Source: Planctomycetota bacterium
GTDB taxonomy: Bacteria > Planctomycetota > UBA8108 > SXIK01
Assembly: GCA_965223265.1 (NCBI GenBank)
Contig: OZ244999.1
Span: 2,752,001 to 2,816,000, forward strand
Length of the DNA: 64,000 nucleotides
Reading direction: 5' to 3'
A model generated the notes under the pieces. The model was not told the origin of the DNA, did not search any database, and was given only the letters and a program-made list of their open reading frames with translations. Positions 39,638 through 49,900 of this stretch are shown here, piece by piece (position 1 is the first letter of the stretch; each line of letters opens with the position of its first letter). The position numbers and the translations under genes were made by a program.

Positions 39638-39830
39638 GCGCCCTCTCCCCCGGCGCTGCGCGCCGCTGGCGGCTCGGGCCGTCCTCGGTCTTCGCTCCGC
39701 GGCGAGACGCGAACGCCGCGAGGCGTCGTTCGCTCAGACGCCGCTGCGCTACGCCCTCGGATGCGGCCTCGCCACCAGCGGCGCGCAGCGCCGGGGGAGA
39801 GGGCGCGTGGTGCTCCGGCTCACCACGCGC
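39638..39830. repeat. Large inverted repeat / branched hairpin (32-bp perfect arms)
   Basis: GCGCCCTCTCCCCCGGCGCTGCGCGCCGCTGG (39638-39669) is the exact reverse complement of 39775-39806. Internal hairpins are present, plus an overlapping 10-bp IR at 39803-39830. Confidence 0.9.
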
Positions 39831-39865
39831 AGCTCTCAGTTCATGTGCCCGTCGCCAAGGGCGTG

Positions 39866-40867
39866 TCAGTCGCCTTGCTCCAGTTTGATGCGGCTGGCAA
39901 GCTGCCCCACGGGGATCTCGCGCCAGTCGTGCTCGGCGCGCTCGAGGGTTTCTTGCAGCCAGGCGTCGTCAAGATCGTTGATCCGCTCGGCGTACTGGCT
40001 GTTGCCATCGGCGCCGCGGCGGCGTGAGTAGTGGCGTAAGGATTCATCGAAGCGCACCTGCTGGTGGGTGCCGAGCTCAAGGAGGATGTTATAGAGGCGC
40101 CGTCGGGCTGGGTCGAGCCGACGTGGCTGTCGTTTCGTGACAGCGCCGGCCGGTGGGCGTGCCGAGGGTGTCTCCTGTTCGCCGCGGCGGCCAAAGTCGA
40201 CGGCGGCGACGCCATCCTTCGTGACGCCGGCGGCGCGCACTTCCTCCCAGGTGATGCCGCCAAGCCCGAGGATGCATTTGACGGCGCGGATCTGGGCGTT
40301 CGTGACGGCCTTCTTGCGCACCGCGCTCAGATCGATCTCCGAGAGCGGCAATCTCTTGCCGCGGCGGCGTGAGAAGAAGCTCTCGCTCGAGCTGGCCACT
40401 CCTTCAACTTCAACTCGGCGGCCGAGGAAGCGAGCGGTCGTGCGGGCCACGTAGCGGATGACGTCGCTTCCGCCAGCGTCATCGCGTACAGCCTTGACGC
40501 GTGTGCCAGTGAGGCTGACGCCGAAAATCGCGGCGATTTTCATGCAGCCGGCTGTGCCAAGGTAGGGTTGGCCGCCAACGTTCGTCCAGTCGCCTCGCGT
40601 TGTGGCGCTCAGCGCGACGCGGCGGAGCCGAACCACGTTGGGAAGGGCGGCTTCGAAAGCGGCAAGGTCGGCGTCGGTGACGGAAGCCGTTCTGTATGCG
40701 CCGGTTTGGTGGGCGTTGCGGCGATCATCGTCGCGGCCGACGATCGCTTCCGTGCGAGCTGTCGCTTCTGCGTCCGGTAGGGACGGAGCGTCTGAAGCGC
40801 CTCCCACATCGAATAGTTCCGATGCAAGAGTTGCGGAACGGGTAGAAACGACGGTAGAGTTTGGCAT
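39866..40867 (-). CDS. Putative phage-type single-strand annealing protein (Rad52/ERF-like fold)
   Basis: RBS AGGAGG. DW..VGGQPYL...GCMKIA..FG, then strands RYVARTTARF..RVEVEGVASS, then helix VRKKAVTNAQIRAVKCILGL. Flexible linker and small C-terminal helical domain. Confidence 0.6.
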   Translation of the reverse strand: MPNSTVVSTRSATLASELFDVGGASDAPSLPDAEATARTEAIVGRDDDRRNAHQTGAYRTASVTDADLAAFEAALPNVVRLRRVALSATTRGDWTNVGGQPYLGTAGCMKIAAIFGVSLTGTRVKAVRDDAGGSDVIRYVARTTARFLGRRVEVEGVASSSESFFSRRRGKRLPLSEIDLSAVRKKAVTNAQIRAVKCILGLGGITWEEVRAAGVTKDGVAAVDFGRRGEQETPSARPPAGAVTKRQPRRLDPARRRLYNILLELGTHQQVRFDESLRHYSRRRGADGNSQYAERINDLDDAWLQETLERAEHDWREIPVGQLASRIKLEQGD

Positions 40868-40924
40868 AGCTGCCTCCTGAAAAGGTGGTGGTGAATGGAG
40901 CTCTGCTTGTCAGCGAAGACACAT

Positions 40925-41153
40925 GGCGGAGCTCCGCCTTCTTGTTCTCCCGGACCGTCCAAGGAGAACGCCGTTGTGGTCGCAGTTGAGCACGCGCAGC
41001 ACTGCGTGATGCTGACTTCATCGAAGAGAACGAACATCGTCTGCTTTCTTTCGAAGAAGCATCCCACGGTGCCGCTGACGCTCACACGTCAGTGTGCGAA
41101 GAAGAGAAAGCGCGGATCAATCACCGCGAGCATCTCTTCAGCGCACGATCAAC
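40925..41153 (-). ncRNA. Candidate structured leader/ncRNA of seven consecutive hairpins
   Basis: Stems at 40925-40938, 40944-40969, 40981-41006, 41008-41038, 41042-41061, 41075-41092 and 41094-41146, downstream of a minus-strand TATAGT (41165-41160). Confidence 0.45.
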
Positions 41154-41236
41154 TGCACTACTATAACTTTAAAGTCTCACAAACAAGTTTCAACAAAATA
41201 TTCTGTACATCGGAAAATTTCTCATAGAATCTAATC

Positions 41237-41416
41237 ATGACAAAGAAAAAGAAGAAAAGAGGACGACCCAAGGTCGCGAGATCAAAGTTCAAAGGCAAGA
41301 TTGTCAACCTCCGCGTCACCGACGCGGAACATCGATTGATCACCCGCGTCGCCAGGCGCGAGGGACTCACCGTGGCGGAGTGGATGCGGCGGTTGATTCT
41401 GGCGGCGGCGGAATAG
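41237..41416 (+). CDS. 59-aa ribbon-helix-helix protein (MobC/CopG-like) with AT-hook-like N-terminus; below the ORF-track cutoff
   Basis: MTKKKKKRGRPKVARSKFKGKIVNLRVTDAEHRLITRVARREGLTVAEWMRRLILAAAE. TAGAAT at 41225-41230 lies 6 nt before the ATG, suggesting a leaderless mRNA. Confidence 0.85.
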   Translation: MTKKKKKRGRPKVARSKFKGKIVNLRVTDAEHRLITRVARREGLTVAEWMRRLILAAAE

Positions 41417-41479
41417 CTGCGTAGAGTGCATGGGTCCGGCGAACCGCGTCGGTACAGCGCACTTCTGTTCGGCTCGCCG

Positions 41480-41790
41480 ACGGGAACACCCCCTGCTACC
41501 TCACCGCGTCAACTTTTTTCACCGTTTCATCTACGTGCGCGACGCCACGCCTTCGAGCAAGAATTCAATCCGAGGACGTCGTTCAAGAAGCTTTGCTCAA
41601 GGTGTTCGAACGCGCTCGTGTTTTTCGTGGATCTGATGAGAGAAGCCACTGGAGCTGGCTGACGAGCATCTCTGGGCACCTGATCTCGAACGCTTCACGC
41701 GAAGATCCTTTCCGGGGAAATCGCTCACGTTGGAGGATTCTCGTTGGGGGCGTCCTGCGCCGCTTCCAGGCGATCAGATCGACGGCGTAA
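41480..41790 (+). pseudogene. Degraded planctomycete-type ECF sigma factor (region 2 remnant)
   Basis: HRFIYVR, then a frameshift, then TPRLRARIQSEDVVQEALLKVFERARVFRGSDERSHWSWLTSISGHLISNASR. No intact region 4. Confidence 0.6.
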
Positions 41791-42370
41791 GGTGCAAGCG
41801 CGTGGCGGCCAACCGAGCCTCTCCTTAGTACTTCGCCGGTCCCCCGGCGCTGACTGAAGTTTCGATCTGCAACGCAGAAGAACTCTGCGAGGAGGATTCT
41901 CACCTTTAACGTCAACGCTTTCTTTGCCGCTGCAATCGAAACGCCGGAGGCGCTGTTTCCTGCCGTTGAGAGGAGCCCGATCTGGCGGCGAGCCTGTGAC
42001 CGAAGCCAAGATCAGAAGAAGTCCCCATTCCCGAAAGTCGTGCGGACGTCCAAGCACCATCACTCGAGCCTTCCGTCCTGGGAAGGACTCTTTCGCTGAG
42101 GTGTCGGACCACTGGTACGCCGGTGAGTCGGACGGAAATTCATGATTGATTCTTCCTCAATCCATGACAACCTTTGTTCAGTCGATTCCTGATACGCGGA
42201 TTGCTTCATGAACCAAGAATCATCTTCAGTCATCCGTCTTGTGCATCTCTGTTCGTGCACTCAGCTTGGAAAGGATTGCGACTGGTGCCAGATACGGTCA
42301 CAGTGGCTGCATTCGCAGTGGCGCTGCCGCTGCGTGCGGCTGAAAGTTCAAGCTTAGTTCAGGAAGAACA

Positions 42371-42904
42371 GTGGTGATTCCAGACGTTACACTCCATGTC
42401 GAGGAAACGGACGATCCCGCGTTCGCACGGTTTGTGCTCGCCGCCTTGCACCGGCTTGGTGAGCTCTACGAACCAGTGGCGAGTTACGTCGTGAGAATCG
42501 ACAACTGGTTCAGCCAGCGGTGGCTGCGGTTTTCTCACAAGTGTCTCGGGTCGTTCGGAGTCGCTTCTTCAGAACTTGTGATTCCTCCGTTCGTTCCGAA
42601 TCGTGTCGTCTCAGAAGATTTCTTCGGCCGACTCACCGACGAGCCAATCGCGCTGCACCGCCACCAAACCAGCAGCTCCAACGCGTCAAGAAGACTGAAG
42701 AGTCTGGTGCCCCAAGCAGCCTTGTTCTGGTGGAGCGGTGGCTCCAAGGCGAACGGTCGCGGCTCGCTAATGGCCTATCTGCCGACGATTGAGGGGCACG
42801 TACCAACGTACGTCGAGCTGAAACGCGGTGAGGTGTGGTCTGTCGTCACATGCGTTGGCGTCGATAGCCGCGTTCTCCGCGAGATACTCAACACCGAATG
42901 TTGA
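42371..42904 (+). CDS. Hypothetical protein
   Basis: AGGA RBS. 177-aa ORF with a globular pattern (VVRIDNWF..WLRFS...PPFVPNRV). Confidence 0.65.
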   Translation: MVIPDVTLHVEETDDPAFARFVLAALHRLGELYEPVASYVVRIDNWFSQRWLRFSHKCLGSFGVASSELVIPPFVPNRVVSEDFFGRLTDEPIALHRHQTSSSNASRRLKSLVPQAALFWWSGGSKANGRGSLMAYLPTIEGHVPTYVELKRGEVWSVVTCVGVDSRVLREILNTEC

Positions 42905-42918
42905 GCCGATCGCGCAAA

Positions 42919-45900
42919 CTACCACCCCAACCCCACCGACGCCAACTCCTCCCGGATCGCCGCGATGTCCCACAGGCGCACCTGTCTTTCGCGCAAGACG
43001 AGGACTCCCAGATTGTTGCCGTCTGGGGTGAACTGGATGCGGGCGACCGGTGCTTGGAACGTGCGCTGAAAGAGCGGTTCCCACTCGTTGCCTTTCCGCC
43101 GGAGCAGCCGGACTGTTCGATCTCGTCCGGCCGTTGCGATCAGGTTCGCCGCGGGGGAGATGGCGACGGAATTGACACGCACGGAGTGCGACGGGAGTCG
43201 TACCCCTTCCGTGAGTCTCAGACTTTCGTCGACCTGTACGGTGAAGACTTTCCCGGAGTCTGTTCCGACTACGAGCTCGGCTCCGTCCGCGCTTGCCGAC
43301 ATTGCGGTGATTGGATTGGAGCGCGACGTCGAGAGTATGTGGCTGACTTGGCCGTCGGAATCGAGTGTCTTAAGGAGTCCGTTGTCTCCTCCGATGGCCG
43401 CATAGCGCTCAAGCACAACGGCTGCACCTATGCCGGGGACTCCTGCCTCGTCGGTGTTGGTAAAGACCGTAGTGGTCTCTGACTCGCCCGGTAGCCAGCG
43501 AACGAGCTTGTGGCCGTGTCCTTCCCCGCAGGCTGCCCACAGCACTCCGCGGGCGAAAGTCAGCGACTTCGTTCTTCTCTCCATCGTTGGGCGCAAGACG
43601 GCCGTGTGTCCAGGGCGCCAAATAGCTAGCGGACTCACACGATGGTCGTCATCTTGCTCCATGTAGAACGCGACGAAATCTTCATCTGCACTTAGCGCGA
43701 CGAAGGCCGGTTTGTCCAGAAGACTAGCTGTCGTTGTTTTCGACGCAACCGGGCCGACATGTGGCGCGTTACGAGTACTCCAAAGAGCGACGACGTTTTC
43801 CGACTCGTCACTGCTGACCGTCGCCATGGAGTCGCCCGACTTCGAGAAGGCAAACGACCGGACAGGACGCTCCTGGACGGCGACTGATCGAAACGGAACT
43901 CGCGAGCTTCCTACGCGTGAGATTTCTGGTTTTCCTACTTTGTAGACTATGCTCTCGAGATTCTCGGTCACAGCAAGTCGGTGGCCGTCGGGACTGAAGG
44001 CTATGAAGACGTTTCCCATCCCGGCCACGGGAATTCGCGCCAGCAACTCACCCGTTCCTCGATGCCATAGCTTCGCGGAACCGTCATTGGAACCTGAGAC
44101 GAGCAGCACTTCGTCAGTGCTCAGGTCGAGGCTGCGAATGTCTTCCGTCCTCGCGTGCGCGTACCCAAGATGAGGATCACGAAAAGTCTGGAATTCGACC
44201 ATGTCTGTGTCGACACAGACCAAATCACCGTTCGAGCCGAGGACGAGATTCCCAGTTGACGGGATGAAGAGAAACTTGTTGATCCCTACCTTGAAGCGAT
44301 TGAATGGTCGACGGGTATGCTTTCCGATGCTGGGATCTTGAAACTGTACGAGCCCGTCATTCCCGGCCCAAAACACGATTCCAGTGGTCGGCGCTGCTCG
44401 AACTTCTCCGGCCATCCCTGGATAGGCGTACGAGAAACTCCAAATAACCTCACCAGATTGATCGTCGATGGCTCTGATGAAGTGACCATCTGAGATCAGG
44501 AGAACGTTTGGCGTCGGCGTGAGTTTGATGTCCCGCACCCAACCGGTCATGTGGGTTAGCTGGGTAAACTCCTCAGGGACGTCAACATCCCTCCACGAAA
44601 GGATAGCCCTCGACCGTACGCCCACGAACAATCCGCGGCTGTCCCGCGCGAACTGAAGCGCGCGCACGCCGCGAGCCGAGAGAGGAAGAGTAAGCTCCTT
44701 ATGTTCCTTCCCGGTGACAGGATCGTACAGCTTCACAGAGCACGGCCCCTCTCGCACGTTCTGACCGATCGCGAGGCGTCGACCGTCTGGACTGAACGCA
44801 AGGGTGTAGGCATCGATTCCTACTGCTAAGGTGTGTTCCTTCTCGAGGTCGTACATGGACGAGACGCTCAAGTAGAGACTCCGCAGTTCGTAGTCGTCGC
44901 GAGCGTCGATGTCTGCTGCCGTGAGATCGTGAAACGATGCGAGGGTCTGGCTGCGGAACCCCAGACGCGGGTCGTGAAGGAGCGTACGGATGTCGCTAAT
45001 CGCCGCGTAGTAGTCTCCGATTCGCTTGTCTCTGGCCAGCAAGAAGCTCCATATGGCGAACGCCGAGAGCGCCGCGAGCAGCGCAAGGGTGACGACGGTC
45101 ATCGGACGACGTTTGCAGAACTTACGCGCTCGGTAGCCGAGAGAGGGCGGCGTCGCTTCGACGGGGAGACCGTGCAAGAATCGTTCGACGTCCGCCTTGA
45201 GCGCCAGCGCCGAATCGTATCGTCGCCCGCGTTCAAGCGCTGTGGAGGTCATAACGATGTTGTCGAGATCCGCCTTGATGCCTCTTGCCGTGGACGCCTT
45301 TGAAGCGACCTTGCTTGGGAGCGTCAGGTTGCCCTCCAAGATTTGCGCTCGCATCGACTTCTCACTCCGCGTCCATGGCAGTCGATCGGTAAGGATTTCA
45401 TAGAGAACGATCCCGAGTGAATAGACGTCATCTATGACATCCTCTGAGTGATCGGGCTCATCGATGCGCTCAGGGCTCATATAGACGAGCGTTCCGATCG
45501 GCTGCCCTTCGCGGGTCAGGTGATCCGTCGAGTCCATCGTCTTAGCGATCCCAAAATCGAGGATGCGCGGGATCGGTGGCTTTGGTTCGCGCTGGATCAG
45601 TATGTTCCCTGGTTTCAGGTCGCGGTGGATGACGCCCTTTTGGTGGATGCTGTGGACGCCTTCGCACACCTGGCAGAAAAGACGCAGGCGTGCGTCGAGC
45701 GCGATGTTTTCCTCACGGCAGTAGTCCGTGATCGTCGGGCCGTCGATGAGGTCCATGACCAAGTAAGGGCGTTTGTCCGGGAGTCTCCCGGAGTCGTGTA
45801 CCGTGGCGACGTAGGGCGACGAGAGCCCAGCAAGGATTTCCCCCTCGAGGAGAAATCTCTGCGTCATACGATCGGAGGGACTCGCGATCACTTTGATCGC

Positions 45901-46209
45901 GACTGGGCGTTTGAGATTTGCCTGTTTGGCGCGATAGACGACTCCCATACCGCCACGCCCAATTTGCTCCACTATGTGGTACTGGTCGATCTCCGATCCG
46001 ACGAGGTCCGCCGGTGCGGCGGCCGCGCTCGCAAATGCATCGGTCTTCAAGATCGATGGCATTCTATGATAAGCGCGAATCAACTGTCGGGCATCCTCGA
46101 CCTCGGCGCTCTTGCCGTAGGTTGTTTCGAGCTGGCGGATCGCTTCGTCTTCCGGCAGATGAAGGAGTGAACCGACGATGCGGTCGACGGCGCTGCGATC
46201 AATCGGCAT
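42919..46209 (-). CDS. Ser/Thr protein kinase with TM helix and WD40 repeats
   Basis: IGRGGMGVVY, VAIK, IHRDLKPGNI, LDFGIAK and GTLVYMSPE. WD40-type AFSPDG and DRTVRL repeats. Confidence 0.95.
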   Translation of the reverse strand: MPIDRSAVDRIVGSLLHLPEDEAIRQLETTYGKSAEVEDARQLIRAYHRMPSILKTDAFASAAAAPADLVGSEIDQYHIVEQIGRGGMGVVYRAKQANLKRPVAIKVIASPSDRMTQRFLLEGEILAGLSSPYVATVHDSGRLPDKRPYLVMDLIDGPTITDYCREENIALDARLRLFCQVCEGVHSIHQKGVIHRDLKPGNILIQREPKPPIPRILDFGIAKTMDSTDHLTREGQPIGTLVYMSPERIDEPDHSEDVIDDVYSLGIVLYEILTDRLPWTRSEKSMRAQILEGNLTLPSKVASKASTARGIKADLDNIVMTSTALERGRRYDSALALKADVERFLHGLPVEATPPSLGYRARKFCKRRPMTVVTLALLAALSAFAIWSFLLARDKRIGDYYAAISDIRTLLHDPRLGFRSQTLASFHDLTAADIDARDDYELRSLYLSVSSMYDLEKEHTLAVGIDAYTLAFSPDGRRLAIGQNVREGPCSVKLYDPVTGKEHKELTLPLSARGVRALQFARDSRGLFVGVRSRAILSWRDVDVPEEFTQLTHMTGWVRDIKLTPTPNVLLISDGHFIRAIDDQSGEVIWSFSYAYPGMAGEVRAAPTTGIVFWAGNDGLVQFQDPSIGKHTRRPFNRFKVGINKFLFIPSTGNLVLGSNGDLVCVDTDMVEFQTFRDPHLGYAHARTEDIRSLDLSTDEVLLVSGSNDGSAKLWHRGTGELLARIPVAGMGNVFIAFSPDGHRLAVTENLESIVYKVGKPEISRVGSSRVPFRSVAVQERPVRSFAFSKSGDSMATVSSDESENVVALWSTRNAPHVGPVASKTTTASLLDKPAFVALSADEDFVAFYMEQDDDHRVSPLAIWRPGHTAVLRPTMERRTKSLTFARGVLWAACGEGHGHKLVRWLPGESETTTVFTNTDEAGVPGIGAAVVLERYAAIGGDNGLLKTLDSDGQVSHILSTSRSNPITAMSASADGAELVVGTDSGKVFTVQVDESLRLTEGVRLPSHSVRVNSVAISPAANLIATAGRDRTVRLLRRKGNEWEPLFQRTFQAPVARIQFTPDGNNLGVLVLRERQVRLWDIAAIREELASVGLGW

Positions 46210-46780
46210 CGTATGAGGCCAGGAGACGCGAGAGTTTCGCTTTGGCGAGGCGGTTATCGCGCTCGATAGTTCCGAGTGAGACGTCGAGGCACTTTGCGAT
46301 TTCTTCCATGGTCAGTCCCGCGAAGAAGCGAAGTTCGACGACCGAGAGCTGGCGTTCGTTCTCGTCTCCCAGCGTGGTGAGCGCAGCATCCAGGTCGATG
46401 AGCTCGTCAGCGGAGTAGCCGCGGCGCTCGCCGATTCCGGAGAGTGCCGTTCGCTCTTCGATGTGCTCACGCTTTTGCGCCTTGCGGTATCGTGCGCGGT
46501 CGACGAGAAAGTGCCGCATGGCCCGCGCCACGTAACGTAGAAGTTCCTCTGGGCCGCGTCCAGAGGATTTCCCTTTGACGCGCAGGAACACTTCGTGCAC
46601 GAGCTCGCAGGAGTCGATCGTTGGGCGAAACTCTGCCGCAAGCATCGAACGCGCGAGTTGCCGCAGGTCGCTATAGAGCGCTTCGAAGACGGCGTTCGTC
46701 GGTGTAGATCCCTCAGCCCAAGCGAGTTGGGCCAGCGAACGTCGTATGCGTGTGACCAGATCATGGTCGTCGACGGCCAT
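46199..46780 (-). CDS. ECF-type sigma factor (kinase-associated, TIGR02999-like)
   Basis: LYSDLRQLAR...ELVHEVFLR...AMRHFLVDRAR..KAQKR...VVELRFFAGLTMEEIA..L.VS..TIERD. Overlaps the kinase start. Confidence 0.93.
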   Translation of the reverse strand: MAVDDHDLVTRIRRSLAQLAWAEGSTPTNAVFEALYSDLRQLARSMLAAEFRPTIDSCELVHEVFLRVKGKSSGRGPEELLRYVARAMRHFLVDRARYRKAQKREHIEERTALSGIGERRGYSADELIDLDAALTTLGDENERQLSVVELRFFAGLTMEEIAKCLDVSLGTIERDNRLAKAKLSRLLASYDAD

Positions 46781-46930
46781 TGATCAACCTTGCCCCGCCG
46801 ATCTCTCGATTTTTTGTTAAGGGTGAGGAGCGGTTCTTACGCCTTATTCGGTAGTGGAGCATCTTACTCCACTGCGGGGCATGTGTGGGAGCGCGTTCTA
46901 CGCGGGTTCTTTTCGTTCGGTTTGGGTGGG

Positions 46931-49900
46931 ATGAAATCGATGGAATGTACGCGATGGTCGGCGGCGAGTTACGTCGCCTTGTGGATCTCTCTTGGGTCGT
47001 TTGTCGCTTGTTTGCAGCCGGTTTGGGCACAGTCGAACTTTAGGCGGGGCGACTCGAACGTCGACGCCGATTTCGACATCAGTGACCCGATCTTCACGTT
47101 GAGTTTTCTGTTTGTGGCTGGCTCGGCCGCGCCGGAGTGCCGGGACGCAGCGGACTCGAACGACGACGGCGAGCTCGACATCTCCGACCCGATTCATTCA
47201 CTTTCGTATCTGTTCGCCAGTGGTGGAGCTCCTCCGGCGCCGTTTCAGGTGTGCGGAACTGATCCGACCGCGGACGAGCTGGAGTGTGTACGCTTTGTCG
47301 TGTGCCCATCCGTCCCGCCGCCGTCGCCGACGATTCTGCCGCTCGAGCGAGTGACGCGGGACGACGCCGTCGAGGTCTCAGGCACGGCAGAGCCGGGGAC
47401 GTCGATCGAAGTGGTGACGGGAGACCAGATCGTTCGCGGTGACGCTGCGGATGGATCGTACTCTCTGACTGTTCCACTTCACGAGAACCGACTGAATCGA
47501 CTGTTCGTGACGGCGGTGACGTTCGACGGCGTGAGAAGCGCCCCGGCGACGGCGCAGGTCACGCAGGATGGGCAGCGTCCGTCCGTTTTCATCGATTTTC
47601 CCGCACAGAGCTCGCAGCTTCCGCTTTCGGAGGTGACGGTGGTCGGTCGCGTCAGCGACATGCTGAGTGGATTCATGGGGCTCGACGTGACCGTCAACGG
47701 CCAGGCTGCCAACGTAGACATCGGTATAGGGACCAACGGGACGTTCGAGCGGGCGGACGTGCCTCTGGTGCTCGGCGCGAACCTGATCACGGTGGTTGCC
47801 ACGGACGGCGTCGGGAACCAGGCGATGAAGAGTATCAGCGTTACGCGAATTGAAGCGACCGGGCCAAGGCTCGAGATCGTTTCGGGAAACAATCAGAGCG
47901 GGGAGGTGCAAAGCACTCTCGCCGATCCTCTGGTGGTTCGGTTTGTCGAGGAAGATGGGACGCCGGTGTCCGACACATCCCTGGTGTTTCGAGTCAAGCG
48001 TAGTGACGGTGTTCTCTCGCTGGCCGAGAACGGTGAGACAACACGTCGCCTTGAGATGACAACCGACGCAGCGGGCGAAGCCAGCGTGTTCTACAAACTC
48101 GGAACCGATGCGGGCTGCGGGAACAATCGGGTCGAGGTCTCAGCAGGCCAGTCCAGTCTCTTCTTTTGTGCGACCGCCACTCCGTCGGCACCTAAGCAGA
48201 TCAACATTGGTTCGGGAAACAATCAGAGGGGCGAGGCTGGCGGACCGGCTGTTGAACCTCTCCGAGTCTGGGTCAGCGACGGGTGCAACGGGATTGTTGA
48301 TCAAGATGTAACGTTCACCGTGACAAGGGGAAGCGGCACGGTCAATGGAGCGGAGAGCGTGACTGTGCGTACGGTAGACACAGGCCATGCCGAAGTGTCC
48401 TTCGTGCTGGGCTCAGAACCAGGAAACAATGTGGTTGAGGTGAACTTTCCTGGCAATACGACCTCGCCAGCGTCCTTCGTCATCTTTGGTGTTGAAAGAG
48501 ACCAAACGCATCCTACGTCCTTCTCAGGGCTCGTACTCGACAATAGCAGCCAGCCGCTCGAAGGGGCTTCTTGTTCGCTGGTTTTTCCAGGCCAAGAGCC
48601 TTTGACCGAGATTTCCGACGTCAACGGGCAGTTCCGCTTTCCCGACGTGCCAGGTGCAGGTGCCGCTCATCTACACGTGAACGGACTCTCTGTGAATCAC
48701 CTTGGAGGGGAAAACGGAAGGTCGGTCGATCCCGGCAGCTTCCCTGCTCTTTCGTATGAAGTCTGCTTAGTTCCGAACGCAGAGAACTCGCTACCGACTC
48801 CAGTTCTCCTCCCGCCACTGGATCCACGGAATGCTCGCACCTATGACGGAACACGCACGGTTGAACTGACTGTCGAGGGCATCGAGGGCCTGAAAATGAT
48901 TGTCCGGGAAGGAACAAAGGTCACGCTCCTCGACGGCTCAATCGTGGATGGAACGGACGGCAACTCAACAACTCTCGCTCTCAATCAGGTCCACCATGAT
49001 AAGGTTCCCATGCCAATGCCGGACGGAGCGGCTCCGCCGTATGCCGGGACCCTTCAACCGGCGGGCGCTACTTTCGATCCGCCCGTGCAAATCATCTATC
49101 CGAACATGAGCGGGTTGGCTCCTGGTTCGCTTACAAATTTCATGAGCTTCAATCACGATACCGAGCGATTCGAGATCATAGCGACTGGACAGGTAGATGA
49201 GGGTGGCGAAAGCATTATCAGCGATCCCGGGACAGGGATCAGCGTGGCGGGATGGCATTGTAATTGTCCGCCGTATTCGGTTACGGGGCAGTGCCACTCC
49301 TGCGTGAATGACCCACAGATTCTCAACCAGATCGCACAGTTGAAAGCTCAACAGCTTCAGAAACTCGCCGAGGCTGCTCAGCACCTTCAGGACGGGAGTA
49401 ACGCTCTGTCTCTCGCAGGCTTGCCAATTGCCCAGGCTGCTGCCCACATCTCATTCGTCGCAGCGGGGATCGCCGCATGCGGAGCACGTGGATGCCCAGT
49501 CACAGTCATCTCATGCTTGGCGTGTGCGCCGTTGATCGCACCCCTCCTTGTCGACCTCCAAACGCTAGGGCCGGGGCATGCGTTCCAGGCGGTCAGTAGA
49601 CTTGTCGAGGCTGCGTCTCACTTAGCTGACGCCGCTTCGTCGCTGGGGCTCGCCTTGGCACGTGCGATTGAAGCGATTCAATTAGCGGCCCAAATTGCGG
49701 TCTTATGCCCTCCATTGGCGGTTCAGAATACCGGGGAAGCCTTACGCAGAGCAATCGAGGCCGTCAGAAACGGAACTTTGGCAGGTCTTCAGGCAAAGAT
49801 CAACCGCCTGCAGCCGATTGCGAGTCGGCTGTTACGAGCAGTGCAAGCTATACAGGCATGCCTTGATTCGGGTTTGGTTTCTTGTGTCTTTTCGCCGTTT

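Noticed and set aside
40609-41085. 158-aa ORF across the structured leader
   Set aside because: No RBS, non-protein-like composition, and it overlaps the better-supported 40867 gene out of frame.
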